NCBI GenBank assembly: GCA_964454175.1
Contig: CAYVSA010000011.1
Coordinates: 1 to 42,295, forward strand
Direction: 5' to 3'
Source: an uncultured Pseudomonadota bacterium
GTDB taxonomy: Bacteria; BMS3Abin14
DNA: 42,295 nucleotides
Positions 1-8,721 of the stretch are shown here, one piece after another. Position numbers and translations under genes: made by a program. Each line of letters begins with the position of its first letter. The stretch's first letter is position 1. The notes beneath the pieces are model-generated. The model was not told where the DNA came from. It ran no database searches and worked only from the letters and a program-made list of their open reading frames with translations.

Positions 1-39
1 CAGGCTTTTATCTCTCCAGATAATCTCAAGATGAAGATA

Positions 40-98
40 ATTTGCTCTGACACCATATCTAATTTGCTCTGACACCAGTTTGATTTGCTCTGACACCA
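40..98. repeat. Three copies of ATTTGCTCTGACACCA (40-55, 62-77, 83-98)
   Basis: Exact 16-mer seen three times with a 21-22 nt period. Confidence 0.9.
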
Positions 99-104
99 GT
101 TTGG

Positions 105-137
105 GTATGGGAGTGTGGGAGTATGGGGGTGTGGGGG
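105..137. repeat. Octamer tandem repeat GT(A/G)TGGG(A/G) x4
   Basis: gtatggga-gtgtggga-gtatgggg-gtgtgggg read directly. Confidence 0.8.
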
Positions 138-245
138 TAAAGTGTATGGTTCATCAAAAACCCGTCAAGACACAGCCTGTTATGAATCTTTTATAATCCA
201 TGATCTGAACAAATGCTCGTAACATTCTGTAATGAAATAAAAAAC

Positions 246-289
246 TTGAAAAAGTACTGGCATGTTATATAATTATGTTATATAACATG
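246..289 (+). promoter_or_regulatory. Sigma70-like promoter overlapped by a perfect inverted repeat (candidate operator)
   Basis: TTGAAA (246-251)-16 nt-TATAAT (268-273). CATGTTATATAA-N5-TTATATAACATG (261-289) ends 4 nt before ATG 294. Confidence 0.65.
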
Positions 290-293
290 GCCC

Positions 294-503
294 ATGGCAC
301 GCGGGAATTCAGGTCGCATAGTTATCGAGATCGATCCCTCACTGAAGAGTGAGCTCTACGAGGCCCTTACAGAAGAGGGGATCACGCTCAAGGATTGGTT
401 CCTCAGGCACACTGGATCATATCTGGCTCAGAAAGCTCAGCCGTCCTTATTTAATTCTCTTCAAGTGGCTGATGTTAAAGGTAAAGCCGGGAAGAAGAAA
501 TAA
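294..503 (+). CDS. Small putative ribbon-helix-helix-like DNA-binding protein (69 aa)
   Basis: N-terminal strand RIVIEID followed by two amphipathic helices (PSLKSELYEAL..., TLKDWF...). Promoter and palindrome lie directly upstream. Confidence 0.6.
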   Translation: MARGNSGRIVIEIDPSLKSELYEALTEEGITLKDWFLRHTGSYLAQKAQPSLFNSLQVADVKGKAGKKK

Positions 504-534
504 CCGGGACTAACACGAGCTGGAGCTTGGAAAG

Positions 535-1335
535 ATGACGAAGAGACAGAAAAAAGGTATCAGTACCGCCGTTATAACGCTGCCCCTCCTTATTCTATTC
601 GTCGGATCATTCGAAATACGGCAGGAAAATCACATTGCGCAGGATGAACCGATCCAGGTCGCCTCACTGGGGAGTATGGATCTGCGCCGGGCCGAAGCTG
701 CTGTTCTGCCTGCAATGACTCCCCCAGTCCAGACTTCTGTGAGGGCCGGGACCATTAAAGGAGCATTCAAGGCCGGGGATATTATCGAGTTGGCTGAGAA
801 CCACGAGCCGCCTGTGAAGGAGAAACCGAGCCCGCCGGCAAAAGAGAAGCCACCCGCGTTTAAGGAAAACCCGCCCCCCGAAATGAAAACCGACGAAGTT
901 AAAGAAAAGGAATCTGAAAAGGGGACTCAACCGGAACCTGATGATGAAATTGAATCCGATTCCGGGGATGAGCGAGGTCCGGAACTGAACGGCGACGAAA
1001 ACAAGGGCCCTGACAGCGATGAGGATTTTAACGACGAGGATGAGCCCGATACGGATATTGAAGAAGAAAATAACGAAGGCCACGGTAATGATTCAGATGG
1101 AGACGAAGACGGGTCAGGCTCTGATGCGGAGGGAGACGATGACAAGGGTCATGGCAACGATGATGATGGATACGATGAAGATAACCCCGGCCATGGCGGT
1201 TTTGAAGGAGTGGAGTCCTCCCATGAACATGGCGGACACGGCAGCGATGAAAGCGGCGGAGATGACGACGGGGATAAGCACGAAGGCGGTGACGACGATG
1301 ATGACGGACACCACGGCGGTGAGAAGGACGATTAG
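535..1335 (+). CDS. N-terminally anchored or secreted low-complexity Asp/Glu/Gly/His-rich protein (266 aa)
   Basis: Basic N-terminus plus hydrophobic stretch, Pro/Lys linker, then an acidic tail with GHGND repeats. GGAG upstream and a terminator downstream. Confidence 0.75.
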   Translation: MTKRQKKGISTAVITLPLLILFVGSFEIRQENHIAQDEPIQVASLGSMDLRRAEAAVLPAMTPPVQTSVRAGTIKGAFKAGDIIELAENHEPPVKEKPSPPAKEKPPAFKENPPPEMKTDEVKEKESEKGTQPEPDDEIESDSGDERGPELNGDENKGPDSDEDFNDEDEPDTDIEEENNEGHGNDSDGDEDGSGSDAEGDDDKGHGNDDDGYDEDNPGHGGFEGVESSHEHGGHGSDESGGDDDGDKHEGGDDDDDGHHGGEKDD

Positions 1336-1376
1336 ACGGTAAAACCCTGGTCTGGGAGGGGAGCGTGGGGCCCTTC

Positions 1377-1408
1377 AAAAAAACAGGCGGCCAACTGGCC
1401 GCTTTTTT
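1377..1408. terminator. Probable bidirectional intrinsic terminator
   Basis: A-run, GCGGCC-AACT-GGCCGC hairpin, T-run, located between convergent genes. Confidence 0.75.
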
Positions 1409-1504
1409 ATTCCGGAATCCTGCTGCCCGGCTGACCCGGTTAGTGGTGTGGCAGTATAGGCGAAAGAGTGTAAGGGGTGTTGATCAGTACCTTGGGTGTG
1501 AGGA

Positions 1505-3331
1505 TCAGAAATTCGAGCTTTTCTTGTGGATCCGGTCGTACTTTTTTCTCTCGTTGCCGTCGAGTACTTTTTTCCTAAGCCTGATGGAGGTCGGAGTCAG
1601 TTCCAGCAGTTCGTCGTCATCGATGTATTCCATGGCCTGCTCGAGGCTCAGGTTTTGAGCCGGCGTAAGGCGGATGGCATCATCGCTTCCAGACGCCCTC
1701 ATGTTGGTCAGTTTTTTGCCCTTGCCGGGGTTGACCACAAGGTCGCGTTCCTTGCTGTTCTGCCCTATGATCATTCCCTCGTAGACCTGTACTCTCGGAC
1801 CCACGAAGAGGACTCCCCGTTCCTGTAGATTGAAAAGAGCGTAGGCGGCCGTCTCCCCCTTCTCCATGGCAATGAGGGATCCATTCTTCCGACCGGGGAT
1901 GGGGCCCTTGTGGGGCGCGTACTCGTGGAAGGTGTGGGTCATTATCCCGGTACCCCTGGTGTCGGACAGGAACTCTGACCGGAACCCGATAAGACCCCTT
2001 GCGGGAATTACGTATTCCAGGCGGTTTACTCCGTCCGTCTGTTGAATGGAGACCATCTCGGCCTTTCGAGCTCCAAGTTTCTCGATGACCGTTCCCTTGT
2101 ATTCCTCGGGAACTTCCACCAGCAGGTACTCCATGGGCTCACAGAGCCTTCCGTCGATCTCGCGGAGTATGACTTCCGGTTTGGAAACAGCAAGTTCATA
2201 GCCTTCCCGGCGCATATTTTCGATGAGGATAGAAAGATGCAGTTCACCGCGACCCGAAACCTTGAATGTGTCGGGGCTGTCCGTTTGCTCGACCCGCAGT
2301 GAGACGTTGGTTCTCAGTTCACGGGACAGCCTCTCGGCGATCTGGCGGGAGGTAACGTACCTGCCCTCTGTTCCGGCCATGGGTGAGGAGTTGACCATAA
2401 AGTTCATGGCCATGGTAGGCTCGTCGATGGACACGTAGGGGAGGGCCTCGGGAAACTCGGTGGATGTGAAAGTCTCTCCGATGCCAACATCTTCAAAGCC
2501 GGCCAGCGTCACGATGTCCCCCGCGCCGGAGCTGGTCAGTTCTACCTGCTTCACCCCCTCAAATCCGAGAAGCTTGGACACCCGGCCGGTCACAACGCGA
2601 CCGTCCTGCTTGACAAGGGCAATGTTATCGCCGGTCTTAACCCTGCCGCTGAACACCTTTCCTGTGGCGGTCCTGCCGATATAGTCGTCGTAGTCAATAT
2701 TGGCCACGAGCATCCTGAAGGGCGCGTCCAGATCACCATCAAATGGCGGAACGTGTTCACGGATCACAGCAAAAAGCGGCTCCAGATCCGACGATTGATC
2801 CTCCAATTCACATTTAGCGTAGCCGTCCCGGGCACTGGAATAAACAACCGGAAAATCCAGCTGTTCATCGCTGGCATTGAGCTCGCAGAAAAGGTCAAAA
2901 ACCATGTCAACGACCTGGTTGGGGCGCGCACCTGGCCGATCGATCTTGTTGATCACAACGATCGGTCTCATACCCAGGTCTAGCGACTTTTTCAGTACAA
3001 ACCGTGTCTGGGGCATAGGTCCTTCAAAAGAGTCCACAAGCAGCAGGACAGAGTCGACCATCTTCAGGATGCGCTCTACTTCGCCCCCGAAATCGGCGTG
3101 TCCCGGAGTGTCGACAATGTTGATCTTCATGCCCTGGTGCCTGATGGAAAGGTTCTTCGACAGGATGGTTATTCCACGCTCACGTTCCAGATCATAGGAA
3201 TCCATGATCCGCTCGTTGAGGACTTCATGTTCCTGAAAGACACCGGACTGCTTCAGCATGGCATCCACAAGGGTCGTCTTCCCGTGGTCTACGTGGGCGA
3301 TAATGGCTATGTTTCTGATCGTTTCCTTCAT
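1505..3331 (-). CDS. typA: Translational GTPase TypA/BipA
   Basis: [53 protein letters not shown] and typical C-terminus. Confidence 0.98.
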   Translation of the reverse strand: MKETIRNIAIIAHVDHGKTTLVDAMLKQSGVFQEHEVLNERIMDSYDLERERGITILSKNLSIRHQGMKINIVDTPGHADFGGEVERILKMVDSVLLLVDSFEGPMPQTRFVLKKSLDLGMRPIVVINKIDRPGARPNQVVDMVFDLFCELNASDEQLDFPVVYSSARDGYAKCELEDQSSDLEPLFAVIREHVPPFDGDLDAPFRMLVANIDYDDYIGRTATGKVFSGRVKTGDNIALVKQDGRVVTGRVSKLLGFEGVKQVELTSSGAGDIVTLAGFEDVGIGETFTSTEFPEALPYVSIDEPTMAMNFMVNSSPMAGTEGRYVTSRQIAERLSRELRTNVSLRVEQTDSPDTFKVSGRGELHLSILIENMRREGYELAVSKPEVILREIDGRLCEPMEYLLVEVPEEYKGTVIEKLGARKAEMVSIQQTDGVNRLEYVIPARGLIGFRSEFLSDTRGTGIMTHTFHEYAPHKGPIPGRKNGSLIAMEKGETAAYALFNLQERGVLFVGPRVQVYEGMIIGQNSKERDLVVNPGKGKKLTNMRASGSDDAIRLTPAQNLSLEQAMEYIDDDELLELTPTSIRLRKKVLDGNERKKYDRIHKKSSNF

Positions 3332-3385
3332 GTTTTCAGTTGTCCTCTTCCACCCGTATTCGGGCTGGTATTTATAAGCTGGCGA

Positions 3386-3414
3386 ACTATGCGGTCAGCA
3401 AGGTGATCTGTCAA
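3386..3414 (-). promoter_or_regulatory. Sigma70-like promoter of typA
   Basis: Minus strand TTGACA-17 nt-CATAGT. Confidence 0.6.
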
Positions 3415-3530
3415 CCCCGAAACTTTCCCGACACTAAAAGGGGGGGGTGGAAACAGCTTTCCGATGCAACTGGGCGGCTTCTGGAAGATCCGGCACCGAC
3501 AGATGCCTGATAAGATGCCAGGTGCAGCAC

Positions 3531-3704
3531 CTAATTGTCTTCGCTGGAGCCTTCCCCATCTTCAGTTGTTTCAGTCGCTTCGGCATTTTCTGCCGCCTGC
3601 TGCTCTTTTTTCTCCAGTTTTCGCTGTCTTTTTTCTTCCTGCTTCTTTTTCTTTGCCAGTTCCTTCTGTCGTTTTTCAAATCCGTAATTAGTTCGCCTCG
3701 CCAT
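3531..3704 (-). CDS. Small charged hypothetical protein (57 aa, MARRTNYGFEKRQKELAKKKKQEEKRQRK...)
   Basis: AGGAGG SD just before ATG 3704. Basic helical N-half and acidic tail. The start is shortened relative to the ORF track. Confidence 0.75.
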   Translation of the reverse strand: MARRTNYGFEKRQKELAKKKKQEEKRQRKLEKKEQQAAENAEATETTEDGEGSSEDN

Positions 3705-3791
3705 TGGACCCTCCTGTGCGGATGTTGGATTTGCCTTCCGTGCTGTTATCCTGATCAAAATTTGTTCATAAGTAAATTCTTAATTCTTTAC

Positions 3792-5099
3792 TCAGGCACC
3801 CTGCCTGGAGGGTGCTGGAGACCCCATCCCTGCTGTGCTGCTGCCGAGTGAGGGGCGTCTGCTCCTCCGGCTGCGGGGCTGCTTGCTTCTTCTGTGATTT
3901 CCATTTCCGCCGCTCGGTTTCCTGCGTTCCTGCGCCTGGTGCCGAGTCGAAGTCATGATCTGGGTCGGGACGTGCCAGGGGTGGTCGTCGGATACTGGGA
4001 CCTGGATCCCGATCAGGCGCTGTATGTTTTTCAGAAAGGGTGCTTCATCCGAATCACAAAATGATATGGCGATCCCATCTGCACCTGCCCTTGCAGTTCT
4101 GCCTATACGGTGCACGTAGCTTTCCGGGATGTTTGGCAGGTCGAAGTTGATGACGTGTGAAATACCTTCGACATCGATTCCCCTTGCTGCAATGTCGGTG
4201 GCTATCAGCACCCTGGTCTTACCCCTGCGGAAATTATCAAGTGACCTGGTTCGGTTGGTCTGGGACTTGTTGCCGTGGATCGCCTGAGCCCTGATCCGGG
4301 CTTTATCGAGCTTCCTGACCACCTTGTCAGCTCCGTGTTTGGTCCTGGTAAAAACCAATGCCCTCGACACACACGGATCGTTAAGGACGTGGGCCAGGAG
4401 GTCTTGCTTGTCCTTTCGGTTTACGAACATTACTTTCTGGTCGATACGAGCTACCGTGGTGGCGGAAGGGGTAACTTCGACTTTTACCGGGTTGATGAGC
4501 ATACTGGCGGCCAGCCGAATGATCTCCCGCGGCATGGTGGCGGAGAAGAATAGCGACTGTCTCTTCTGCGGCAGGGCCGCGATAATCCTGCGAACATCGT
4601 GGATGAATCCCATGTCCAGCATCCTGTCCGCCTCGTCGAGTACAAATACTTCGAGGCTGTCCAGGTGTATGAGTTTCTGGCCCATGAGGTCAAGGAGGCG
4701 GCCCGGAGTGGCTACGAGGACGTCCACACCCCTGGCAATGGCGCTCACCTGGGGGCTTTGGCCCACACCGCCGAAGACAACTGCCCGGCTAAGGCGTACG
4801 TGGCGCCCGTAGACCTTGAAGCTTGTGTCTATCTGTGCGGCCAATTCGCGGGTTGGCGTCAGGATGAGGGCTCGGGCAGAACGGGGTGCCGCGGCCCTTT
4901 GTCTCCTGTAAAAACGCTGAATGATCGGCAGGGCGAAGGCGGCTGTTTTTCCCGTCCCGGTCTGGGCGCATCCCATAAGATCGCGTCCCTCAAGAAGGCT
5001 TGGAATCGAGGCCTCCTGAATGGGTGTGGGATTAACATATCCCTCTTCCCGAACGGCGCGCTGCAGCTGCTCAATAAGATTTAACTCGTTGAATGTCAT
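3792..5099 (-). CDS. rhlE: DEAD-box RNA helicase, RhlE-like
   Basis: Q-motif (F..L.L...GY..PTPIQ), [31 protein letters not shown] and a basic C-tail. Start set at MTFNEL. Confidence 0.92.
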   Translation of the reverse strand: MTFNELNLIEQLQRAVREEGYVNPTPIQEASIPSLLEGRDLMGCAQTGTGKTAAFALPIIQRFYRRQRAAAPRSARALILTPTRELAAQIDTSFKVYGRHVRLSRAVVFGGVGQSPQVSAIARGVDVLVATPGRLLDLMGQKLIHLDSLEVFVLDEADRMLDMGFIHDVRRIIAALPQKRQSLFFSATMPREIIRLAASMLINPVKVEVTPSATTVARIDQKVMFVNRKDKQDLLAHVLNDPCVSRALVFTRTKHGADKVVRKLDKARIRAQAIHGNKSQTNRTRSLDNFRRGKTRVLIATDIAARGIDVEGISHVINFDLPNIPESYVHRIGRTARAGADGIAISFCDSDEAPFLKNIQRLIGIQVPVSDDHPWHVPTQIMTSTRHQAQERRKPSGGNGNHRRSKQPRSRRSRRPSLGSSTAGMGSPAPSRQGA

Positions 5100-5426
5100 T
5101 TTACTGTTATGTCTCTTTTCTGGACCACACCAGTGCGACCCGCAATACATTGCAGTGAATTTAGGGTGATCCTGTTAGGGCTCGTCGAACGAGATCGTCG
5201 GAAGGACTACATCAGGGAACCTGGAAAAAAGAGGAACTTCTTCGGGTACCTTGAGGAACTCTTGATCCGCTGGATGATCCATTCGAGCGGCCTGACCCGG
5301 GAAGCTGATTCATCCCGAAGCGGGCCTGCGGGCCATGCTTTGTACCACAGCTGGAAAGGAAAGCAAAGGGAAATTGTCGATCACTGTCAGCGGGAAACTG
5401 ATAAAGTTCTTTACTCCCGTCTTTTA

Positions 5427-5475
5427 CCTGATGAGTCAGGACCCCCTTGACTGATACCGCCCCGTCTCGTAATCT
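5427..5475 (+). promoter_or_regulatory. Sigma70-like promoter with an upstream short palindrome
   Basis: TTGACT (5447-5452)-17 nt-TAATCT (5470-5475). CCTGA-N4-TCAGG at 5427-5440. Confidence 0.55.
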
Positions 5476-5521
5476 CAATCAGGCTTTAATACAACCATTC
5501 CAGCAGGGAGAGTGAGAGGCA

Positions 5522-5683
5522 ATGAACTTTATCGTATTGTATCTTGTCGGTCTGGGCTCAGGTTTTGCTGCTTTCTTTCTTACGCGCAAACTGAGTTTAA
5601 ATATCCGCCTGGGAATTAGCATTGTAACCTTCAGTGCTGTTTCTGCCATTCTAACCTTTGTGGTGCAGCACATGGCGCAGTAA
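5522..5683 (+). CDS. Small two-TM membrane protein (53 aa), not in the ORF track
   Basis: Hand translation MNFIVLYLVGLGSGFAAFFLTRKLSLNIRLGISIVTFSAVSAILTFVVQHMAQ*. GAGG SD and a promoter upstream. Confidence 0.6.
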   Translation: MNFIVLYLVGLGSGFAAFFLTRKLSLNIRLGISIVTFSAVSAILTFVVQHMAQ

Positions 5684-5741
5684 TGAACTGCTCAGCGGCT
5701 CCAGATAATGATTAATACCTTTACCGGAAAGGGAGACCGAA

Positions 5742-5924
5742 ATGTGTGGAGAATCGGCTTTTGTCCTATATCACAGTGAGGGTCACCGGCACCTCGAAGA
5801 TATTGATCACCTGAAAGTCAGGGAAGGCAGTGTGATCCTGGTAGATATGAAGGGCCTTGAGGAGTCATTCGAAGGAAAGATCGCTTCCATTGATCTGGTT
5901 AATCACAGGATCGAGTTAAAGTAA
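5742..5924 (+). CDS. CooT-family nickel-binding protein
   Basis: 60 aa with Met-Cys N-terminus, all-beta pattern ending G.I..IDL.NHRI.L, and GGAG SD. Confidence 0.75.
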   Translation: MCGESAFVLYHSEGHRHLEDIDHLKVREGSVILVDMKGLEESFEGKIASIDLVNHRIELK

Positions 5925-5952
5925 TTTCCGAACAGGCAATGGGGTGGGTGTT

Positions 5953-6060
5953 ACTAGAAACCAGAAACTCCAGCCTACGGCTGGCCGAGGTTAGGAGAGG
6001 GTGAGTCACTGTAACCTGGAACTTGAAACTTGGAACGTTGACTTTAACCTGGGTCCTGGG
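5953..6060. repeat. Degenerate heptamer tracts (A/CCAGAAA at 5953-5969; AACTTGG-type at 6013-6040)
   Basis: 7-nt periodicity read directly. Confidence 0.6.
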
Positions 6061-6077
6061 ACACGTTCATTTCACTG

Positions 6078-7517
6078 TCACTTCTTTTTCCTGCTCCTCT
6101 TGTTCTCCTTGATCAACTCGTACTTTCTCAGACGTTCCCGCAGCGTATTCCTGTTTATCCCAAGTATTCTTGATGCCTTTAGCTGGTTGCCGCGGCACTG
6201 GCGCATGACCTGTTCGAACAGGGGTTTTTCCAGCTGGGCCAGGAGCTGTTCGTAAAGATCCCCTTCTTCAAGCCTGCACCAGGATGAAACGATGTCCGGC
6301 AGCCTCCGCGCTATGACGTCTTCGAATGAGAGCTCGCCATCTTCAACAGCCAGGGTAGGTGAATCGATCTTTATATCAGTTGAACGTATGAGAGTGCCGG
6401 ATGCAAGGATAGTTGCCCGCCTCAGGGTGTTCATCAGCTCCCTGACATTGCCCGGCCACCGATGATTCATGAGCACTTCCATGGCGCCCTTAGTGAGGCG
6501 CTTTGGTTTCTGGTCGGACCCCTCGGCGAACATCCTGAGGAAATGCTCAGCAAGGAGAGGTACGTCTTCCTTTCGCTTCCTGAGGGGTGGAACCTGCAGG
6601 GAGACGACATTCAAACGGTAATAGAGGTCCTCGCGGAACTCACCAAGGTTAACGGCCTGCCTCAAGTCTCTGTGAGTCGCGGAAATTATCCTCACATCAG
6701 CCCTGATCGTCCTGTCACCCCCAACACGCTCAAATTCCTGGTTTTCCAGAGCCCTTAGTATCTTGGCCTGCAGGGTCAGGGGCATGTCTCCAATTTCGTC
6801 GAGGAACAGGGTGCCTCCTTTTGCCAGTTCAAACTTGCCCATCCTGGTATCGGTAGCTCCGGTGAATGCACCCTTTTCGTGGCCAAACAGGACACTTTCC
6901 AGCAGTTCGCCAGGTATTGCAGATGCGTTGACTGCAACGAAGGGCTGCCTGACCCTGGCTGAAAACCTGTGGATCGCCCTTGCGACAAGTTCCTTGCCGC
7001 TTCCGCTTTCGCCAAAGATAAGGACAGTGGCGTCCGTTGCCGCCACCCGGCCCATAGCTTTAAAAAGATCCTCCATGATGGCGGAATTCCCCACCATGTC
7101 CTCTGACTCATCAAGTAGGGTTGGCTCATCTGATATGGGGATACCTTCGGACTGAGCCAGCCCCCTGGCGACATATTCCAGCAGAACAGTGATGTCAAAG
7201 GGTTTTGGCAGGTAGTCAAAAGCGCCCTGTCTCATGGCTTCTACAGCGTGTTTCATAATATTCTGAGCCGTAATGATCAGTACCGGCAGATGCGGCCTGC
7301 TGGCCTTCAGTTCCTTCAGGAGCCTGAGCCCGTCCATATCTGGCAGCAGGACGTCCAGGATAACAAGGTCGGGGCTGTTGTTAAGTGCCTGGTCCAGACC
7401 GGTTCGCCCGTCGTGGGCCACAAGTATCCTGTAGCCCTGCTTCGTGAGAGCCTTTTCCAGGACCCACCGCATGCTCTTGTCGTCTTCAATAATAAGTATC
7501 AGTTTGTCGGTCTTCAT
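6078..7517 (-). CDS. ntrC: NtrC-family sigma54-dependent response regulator
   Basis: Receiver domain (EDD, ILDVLLP, KPFD), GESGSGKE, GAFTGA, LFLDEIG, WPGNVREL and Fis-type HTH. Sits in dusB-ntrB-ntrC order. Confidence 0.9.
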   Translation of the reverse strand: MKTDKLILIIEDDKSMRWVLEKALTKQGYRILVAHDGRTGLDQALNNSPDLVILDVLLPDMDGLRLLKELKASRPHLPVLIITAQNIMKHAVEAMRQGAFDYLPKPFDITVLLEYVARGLAQSEGIPISDEPTLLDESEDMVGNSAIMEDLFKAMGRVAATDATVLIFGESGSGKELVARAIHRFSARVRQPFVAVNASAIPGELLESVLFGHEKGAFTGATDTRMGKFELAKGGTLFLDEIGDMPLTLQAKILRALENQEFERVGGDRTIRADVRIISATHRDLRQAVNLGEFREDLYYRLNVVSLQVPPLRKRKEDVPLLAEHFLRMFAEGSDQKPKRLTKGAMEVLMNHRWPGNVRELMNTLRRATILASGTLIRSTDIKIDSPTLAVEDGELSFEDVIARRLPDIVSSWCRLEEGDLYEQLLAQLEKPLFEQVMRQCRGNQLKASRILGINRNTLRERLRKYELIKENKRSRKKK

Positions 7518-7532
7518 CGGCTCCCAGGGTCG

Positions 7533-7563
7533 TAGTTTCTAGTTTCTGGTTCCTGGTTTCTGG
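7533..7563. repeat. Heptamer tract (GTTTCTR)n between ntrB and ntrC
   Basis: tagtttc-tagtttc-tggttcc-tggtttc-tgg. Confidence 0.7.
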
Positions 7564-7647
7564 CAAAACAGGGGCAAAATGCTTTTCTCCTCGGCCTCCA
7601 GCGGTAAGGGCTGAACAGCCCCCCTGCGGTCCTCTGCGTTAAGGCTC

Positions 7648-8721
7648 TTACGCAGTAGATCTGATTGGCAGAAAAACACTCACTTTCGCCCCGCCACTGT
7701 CACGATTACCGAGAACCAGACGCCCCCCGTGATTCTGGATTATCTGGTCACTGATGGCAAGTCCCAAACCCATTCCCTTTGGCTTGGTAGTAAAGAACGG
7801 AGCTGAAAAATCGTGGGAATCGAGATCGAAACCAGGGCCCGAATCCTCGATGTCCACCTGAACATTACCGATCTGCCCGTTCTGCAGTGAATGAGGGGTC
7901 CCCAGGGACGGGACCGAGGTCCTTATCCTGATGACAGTGCCAGGCGGCGATGCTTCCATGGAATTCTTGAGGAGGTTCAAAAAAATCTGGGTAATGCCAG
8001 CGCGGTCAGCCATTATGGTTGGCAAGCTGGGATCAAAGATTTTCTCGTAGGTTAGATCCGGGGCTTCTTCCCAGTGCCCGAGGAGATCCACTACCTCGTC
8101 CATCACTTCATGTATGTTGATCTCGGAAAAGGGGATCTCTTTTCTGGGCACCGCCGTGAGCAGGCTTTCGAGGAGCGAGTCAACCCTGTCCACTTCTCTT
8201 AAGATAATGTCGCAGTTCTCTGCAAGGGGGCTATCGTTTCCCAGTTCGGCGCGCAGAAGCTGTGTGGCTCCTTTTATCCCGCCAAGGGGGTTCTTAATTT
8301 CGTGGGCAATGCCGAGATTGAGGGTCCCAAGGGTAGCCAGGATGTCCGCCCTGCGAAAGGAGCGATCCAGTTCCTCGAGAACCGTGTTGTCCCTTGCCAG
8401 GAGCACCTGTCCCTGAAGGGAACCTTCGTTGTCCTCGAGTACGGATACACTCACTGAAAGGAAATAGACTTCCCCCTGAAAATTTTTCAGACTCATAGTG
8501 TGATGGGCTACAGACCGGCCCTCTTCCAGGGAGTTTGCCAGCAGTTTGTTCATCACTGGATTCAGGGGAAATATTTCCGCGGGGGTCTTTCCGAGGAGTG
8601 CATTTTCGGAGCGCCCGATCAGGCGCTCCCCCGCAGGGTTGAGCATTGAAAGCCGTCCCTCCCTGTCAAACAGGAAAAGTCCTTCAGTGAGGCTGGGTAT
8701 GAGGTTGTGGAGTGACGTCAA
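7648..8721 (-). CDS. ntrB: NtrB-like PAS sensor histidine kinase
   Basis: N-terminal PAS, H-box AHEIKNPL, N-box NLLKNS, DSGPG, PFFTTK and GMGLGL. Start overlaps the dusB stop. Confidence 0.88.
   Translation of the reverse strand: MTSLHNLIPSLTEGLFLFDREGRLSMLNPAGERLIGRSENALLGKTPAEIFPLNPVMNKLLANSLEEGRSVAHHTMSLKNFQGEVYFLSVSVSVLEDNEGSLQGQVLLARDNTVLEELDRSFRRADILATLGTLNLGIAHEIKNPLGGIKGATQLLRAELGNDSPLAENCDIILREVDRVDSLLESLLTAVPRKEIPFSEINIHEVMDEVVDLLGHWEEAPDLTYEKIFDPSLPTIMADRAGITQIFLNLLKNSMEASPPGTVIRIRTSVPSLGTPHSLQNGQIGNVQVDIEDSGPGFDLDSHDFSAPFFTTKPKGMGLGLAISDQIIQNHGGRLVLGNRDSGGAKVSVFLPIRSTA

Noticed and set aside
40-98. Possible CRISPR array
   Set aside because: Repeats are 16 nt with only 5-6 nt between copies, and there are no cas genes in the window.
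664-1378. Hydrophobic or Ser-rich antisense and alternative-frame ORFs
   Set aside because: They are mirror products of the low-complexity GAY/GAR-rich gene at 535..1335.
5109-5478. ORFs 5109..5450 (+) and 5212..5478 (-)
   Set aside because: No recognisable motif or SD. The region is better explained as divergent promoter and leader DNA.
5479-5673. 64-aa minus-strand ORF
   Set aside because: It is antisense to a better supported plus-strand membrane ORF (5522..5683) that has a promoter and SD.
7518-7647. Sigma54 promoter near ntrBC
   Set aside because: I saw no properly spaced TGGCAC-N5-TTGC. TGGCAAAA at 7561 lacks the -12 element and is on the opposite strand.
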